Of a stretch of 64,000 nucleotides of DNA, positions 59,225 to 64,000 are shown piece by piece. The notes beneath the pieces are model-generated. The model was given only the letters and a program-made list of their open reading frames with translations, did no database searches and was not told the DNA's origin. Each line of letters starts with the position of its first letter. Within the stretch, counting starts at the first letter, position 1. The translations under genes were made by a program, and so were the position numbers. The DNA comes from Mayamaea pseudoterrestris. Lineage: Eukaryota. The stretch lies in NCBI GenBank assembly GCA_027923505.1, contig BROI01000018.1, forward strand, positions 372,001-436,000. The letters run 5' to 3'.

Positions 59225-62200
59225 CTAAGTAGCAACTTTCGAATCAACAAGATGATCACGAATCGAATAAGTTACGGCTAACAGGCGCTCGCAAGAATCA
59301 ATAGGAACGAAGAAGCCTTTGCACCGTAGCGTATCAAGTCCATCCGACCTGTTTACAGCAGAATAAGCGTCTGCTCGTACTGTGGCACCTTCATTGCAGA
59401 TATACCAAAATTGGATAACCGAGTGGGTGCTCGTCACTTCGCGATGATCAATATATACCATATTATCAAATCGCGCCTCCCATATCACATCGCAAAAGTG
59501 CTCATTGTTGAGTCGGCTATCGAGCAGTAAAATGCGCTCGTTTGTAGTCATCAAAAGGCCCATCAGCGACGACGAGATTTTGTCCATATGATAGTTTTCG
59601 ATGCCTGCGCTAGTCGGCTGGACCCGCACCCCATCGATATGATAAACGTAGCCTTCCCCCAAGTGTAAACCCGCTCGAACGCGCGAAAGGAGAGCTTTTC
59701 CAGAGTTACTTCCCTCCACGTAATCGACTAATAAGTCGTGGTGTCCGTTCACAGCTGCAAATAAGCGCGGATTTCGAGACCTCAGTAGTTGCCCGCTTGC
59801 TCTATTATGTGATGCATTATATTGTAGCATATTCGCGCCTGCCGCAGCACCTTTGGATAATTGCTCGCAGATAGCAGCAGCATGGCCCAAAAAAGGCTGG
59901 ACGATGCTGGAGAAAAGATTTTCAAGAACGGTTATGTCGTCTTCTTGATAAAGCTTTGACATCAATCCCGTAATTCCTATTTTCGACTGTTGAAAACCCT
60001 GGGCAAGTGTCTCAAAGCTTCTCGCCACGATTTCTCTCCACGTAAAAATACAAGCCTTCAGCAAAAACGTTGGTTGCGCGACGATGCCGGCGCAAATATC
60101 AAAGACGCGCCAAACATTGACGTAGTGACTTCGGATCGTGGTGATGTGTTCATCGGGAGTTCCATAAACATGCACAATCGAAAATGGACGCAGAAACAAT
60201 GGTAGATTTTCAAATGTCAACGCAGGACGCAAAAGCCGTGGTAGAGAAGATGCCACAGGTAGAAGCCCGGACCAGCTAATCTGTGCCGACACAGCTGAAA
60301 CTCGCAGGCGCTCAATGTAAAATTTGCGCTGTGGACTAGTGGCAGCAACGTCGAGTCTCACTGTATCGGCGGCGAAGGAACGCAAAGGGCGGTATCTGGA
60401 TCGTAACCTTGCAGCGCTTGAGGTTGTCGGCGTGTAGCTTATTGCAGAGCAAAGATCATCGACCTCAGCACTCCGGTGTTTGCGACGCTCCGTCGCCGCC
60501 ATTCCAAGCAGCGCCTTCAACATTTCATCCCGATCTGCTTCGCTGCTCACTTGAGCACTTCGAAAATTGCGGATTTCTTTTATATTCTTTACCAAAACAA
60601 TGAGAGGTAATACCACGTTGCCATCAATATTAATCATCATAGGTTCCGTGATCGCATCGATTCGTTCGAAGAGATCAAGTACACCACGTTGTCTGCTCCA
60701 TGACAACGATAGAGCGCAGTGTCGTCTGTTTTTTCTTCGGACACGCCGTGACCCCATTCGTAACATGACTGGATACGGAGTCACCCATAGTTGATTGTCT
60801 ATCGTAATGCATCCTACGGAGATGGTTCCGGTTTCCTTTTTGCGCGTCTTGGTCACCTCAAACACAAAATCCTCAAGCCGCGCGTAAAGAAGCTCCTGCG
60901 GGACCCAATCGACGATGCTTACACCAATTCCATGAGATAATCTCAACATTATACTCAAAATGCCTTGGTCCGGTGCAATAGTTCCTTCTGACAGTTCCTC
61001 TTCGCCTAATTTAGCAAACGATGCTCGCTCGCATATGCGTATGACCCTTGTCGCCTCGTCCATGTCGACAAAACCAATTATTGTAGGAATTCTTATAGTT
61101 AGCTCACTGCCTGGTGCAATGTGATCAAGCTTAAAAGATCCAAGTTTGCCACCTATGTCTGGTCGAGCTTCTCCGAAGTGTGCCAATTGCAGGGTGATGG
61201 ATCGTTCGCCGTATTCAGGTTCATCCCAAGCGAATTCAGCGTGATGGTAAGGTAAGATTACAGCATCTACCGGTAGAGCATGATGCCGCAAAATTTTATT
61301 CCGTGAAAAAAGTGGACTAGTCTGGTGATATTCAATTGGATAAACAGTGTGATTTTCAATCCGGTACGGAGGGTCGGCATTGCGAAACACAACAAGACAA
61401 GTCCCTCCCTTAGTAGGGCGAATATCCACAGTAATTATTAGCAGATCAGCTTTCAACTTATGCTTCAACCGCATCGTCACTTCCTTTCGTTTTGGCGCAA
61501 TGCTGAAGTGACCTGACCAAGACCATCCAAATTCCCTTGGTCGAAATTGAACCGGTCGTGTATCGTCAAAGTGAATAGTCTGTGGCCTGATATCCGCACA
61601 TATAAAAGCAGTGACAGTCGGTCGAGGAGCACCCATGAGCTCGAGATCCCGACCAGTCTCATTTACAATACTATATCGACAGACGATGTGTACCATTTTC
61701 GTCCCGAACCTTCCACCGAACACATCCGGCGCGCAAATGAAACGCGATCGAATAGCAAACGGTTGGTTTATCATATCATCCTCCGTCCCGATTCCCGTGA
61801 TGCTCGTGCTCTTTCTCTTCATCGGTGGTATCACAGTAGTGTCGTGATAGTCACCTGCAGCAAGGGAGAGAGGAATAGATTCGGACCAAGACGACATAAA
61901 GCTCTTTCGGTCACTCTGCTGCCGTCGAACTTGCAGGCGTGCCGAACCTTCGTTCCCAATCATGAGAACGGCAAGTGAGATGTCAAAACGTGACGTTCGA
62001 TAAATTGAAGTCGCATCTTCAAGTAGCTCTCCCAAACCTAATGACATTGCTAAACCTGACCAGATACTGCTGCCATCATTAGAAGGAGGACTAGAAGCTG
62101 TTGCTTCCTGACCTGCAAGGTAACCTTCTGACTGAAACTGAAGATCAAGCCCCGTGGAATCGATCACCCAATAGGGAACATAAAAACTAACAACTCGTGG

Positions 62201-64000
62201 AGCCACGGGGAGGCTGTCCGAGAATGTATGCACATTATCTTTATAATTTCTTTTGGGTGTCGGATGGTTTCGAGTCAACCACACCGCAATGCACAATGGC
62301 AAACCGACTGCGTCATGGAGCTGCACGTCGTCTAGAACAATGTTTGCAACACTCGTTGCTGAGCTACCAGCATCTTCGATCGGCACGAATGTGGACGTGC
62401 TCCAGTTTGGAAATCGACTGGTTTTCCCATCGTATGATGCAAGCCGGACTCGTAGCTCGATACTTGAGCCAGCTGCAGCTCCACTCCATTTCATCCCGCT
62501 GCCACATTCTAATACACCAATATCTACCCAAGCAAAGTTCATCGTAGTCTCATGCCGCTTGAAATTGTCCATTACTAAGTGTGAACTGGATGACTCCGGT
62601 AATTTGACTTGTACATGGAGCGGCGACGCAAGATGGTTATAAAACGCCACCGTCGACCTAATAAATAGCATGCGACTTTCGGGGATTGTCGGATCGCTCA
62701 CACCTAACGCATTGATTCTAGCTGGTTGCTCGTGATCATAGGACCCTATGCGCACTGAGCACATGTTCAAAAAGATTGGTCCGGCCATGTCTGACGATGA
62801 ATGCACTATGACTCGGAATTTCTTACTCTGCATTCCAATCACACCTTGTGATAAAGACGTCGAAGAGAAGGGAGGCGGTGGGACAAGTGGTGTAAATTGA
62901 GTTCGGTCAACACCCATTACTTCAGATTCATCCTTTGCCAGTGAATCTCTTGGTAAAGCCATCGCCGAAAACAGGTACAAATCACTGTTTAGGTACGACA
63001 CCAGATCCACTGGAACCGATAATAAACCCGTGCAGGAAAGCGACTGTTTTTGTATGAGACTCCTCCAAACCACTGATAAGCCGTCGTGATCACGCACTTC
63101 GCACAACAAGTCAACATCAGAGATATTTCTTAGCACAAGGGGCGATTCAATTGTTACGAGCTTTATGCCTCCGTGAAGCGCGATTCTGACAATCACCCAG
63201 CCAAGTAGACCGCTCGTTGCGTCGTCAGCTCCCGTTTGCAGATGACGTCTGTCGCTATTCCATTCTAACGGAAATCGGTGCAAGCCTACTGTGTCAACAG
63301 GTATTTTGGATAGGATTTTGTATGAAAACGTCGCTGAGAGCAAGCTGGTCCTAGTCTTGAGGCCATCGAAGCTCACTCGATCGATCGTGTCCTCGAAACT
63401 ACCGAGCTCGACGGTTATGTACGCTGTATGGGGATCACACGATTGAGATAAAGAACGCTTGAGCGAAATAGGCACTTGACTGTTACTCGACAAAGTGACC
63501 TGTGCCGCTTTTTCTCCCAGCGCTTGCCTTTCTAAATCTAACACTTCCATAAAACGGAGAGACTTCGCGAATTGATGAGCAAAACATTTTTGGCGAAAAC
63601 AAGATACTAGCACAAGCGCAGGCGCAGACACTTACTAATCCAGTGTCGTTTCGAATCCAATGAGGAGCTTTTCGACGTAATTCTCCGTCATGAGCATCGC
63701 TGAGATATCCAGACAAGTTTTCAATAAATGCACCGGTGATATTAACATTCAGAGGTTTTGTATCAGAAATATGGCACACAACAGTTGGTCGAGTTGAGCC
63801 CTTAGCCGAATCATGCTCCATTTCAGATGGGAAACCAAATTGTTTCAACCATTTGACAGGGAGTTCGCCGGGAAGCAGAGACAATGGACGGTAATCACTA
63901 GGAGGCATCAGCGGATACATTGCATTCGCGATTGTGTCCTCGGCACAAGAAGCGAGCGATAAATAACAAAAATCAATATCACGAGTTAAGACACCGGGAA
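59225..64000 (-). CDS. VPS13: VPS13-family lipid transfer protein, C-terminal part (gene continues beyond the window; probable intron ~63635-63563)
   Basis: Motifs PHWIRNDTGL, SPLVLRN, YVPYWVIDSTGLDL, RYSIVNETG, PPYRIEN, FAWDEP, GIGVSIVD..PQELLY, IDNQLWVTPYPV and KFYIERL are the VAB-repeat and C-terminal hallmarks of VPS13. More than 1400 codons are open. Confidence 0.85.

Noticed and set aside
18447..64000. Transposable element or viral insertion
   Set aside because: I found no transposase, reverse transcriptase, integrase, LTR or terminal inverted repeat.

Overview
Eukaryotic nuclear DNA, almost certainly from a diatom: it has silicon transporter (SIT) genes with GXQ/CMLD motifs, short GT-AG introns and bipartite signal + 'AF' plastid presequences. 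The window has two compartments. (1) 1-~18.2 kb is non-coding, strongly CpG-depleted tandem-repeat DNA. It holds ~43-44 copies of a 371-bp satellite, which is itself an old ~183+188-bp dimer, is rich in short palindromes and carries a near-identical 4,778-bp higher-order duplication. A ~169-bp repeat family (4 copies) and a ~180-bp family (~7 copies) follow directly. (2) 18.4-64 kb is CpG-rich and gene-dense: an EamA/DMT transporter, a decayed SIT fragment plus two intact SITs, an RPA49-like gene, two tandem four-repeat Myb factors, proteasome Rpt6, a RAD54-like helicase, a threonine aldolase-like enzyme, a 1694-aa disordered protein with an unrecognised repeated motif, a secreted acidic repeat protein with an RRL site, a Tic22-like gene, two rhodaneses, QPRT/nadC, a twin-CX9C protein, two hypothetical genes, a CLC-family channel and the 3' part of a VPS13-like gene. 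The strongest leads are (a) the nucleosome-sized, methylation-scarred satellite block, a candidate satellite centromere or subtelomere, and (b) the SIT birth-and-death cluster next to duplicated Myb genes and a candidate biosilica/adhesion protein. All gene models and family calls were made by eye; no database searches were run.
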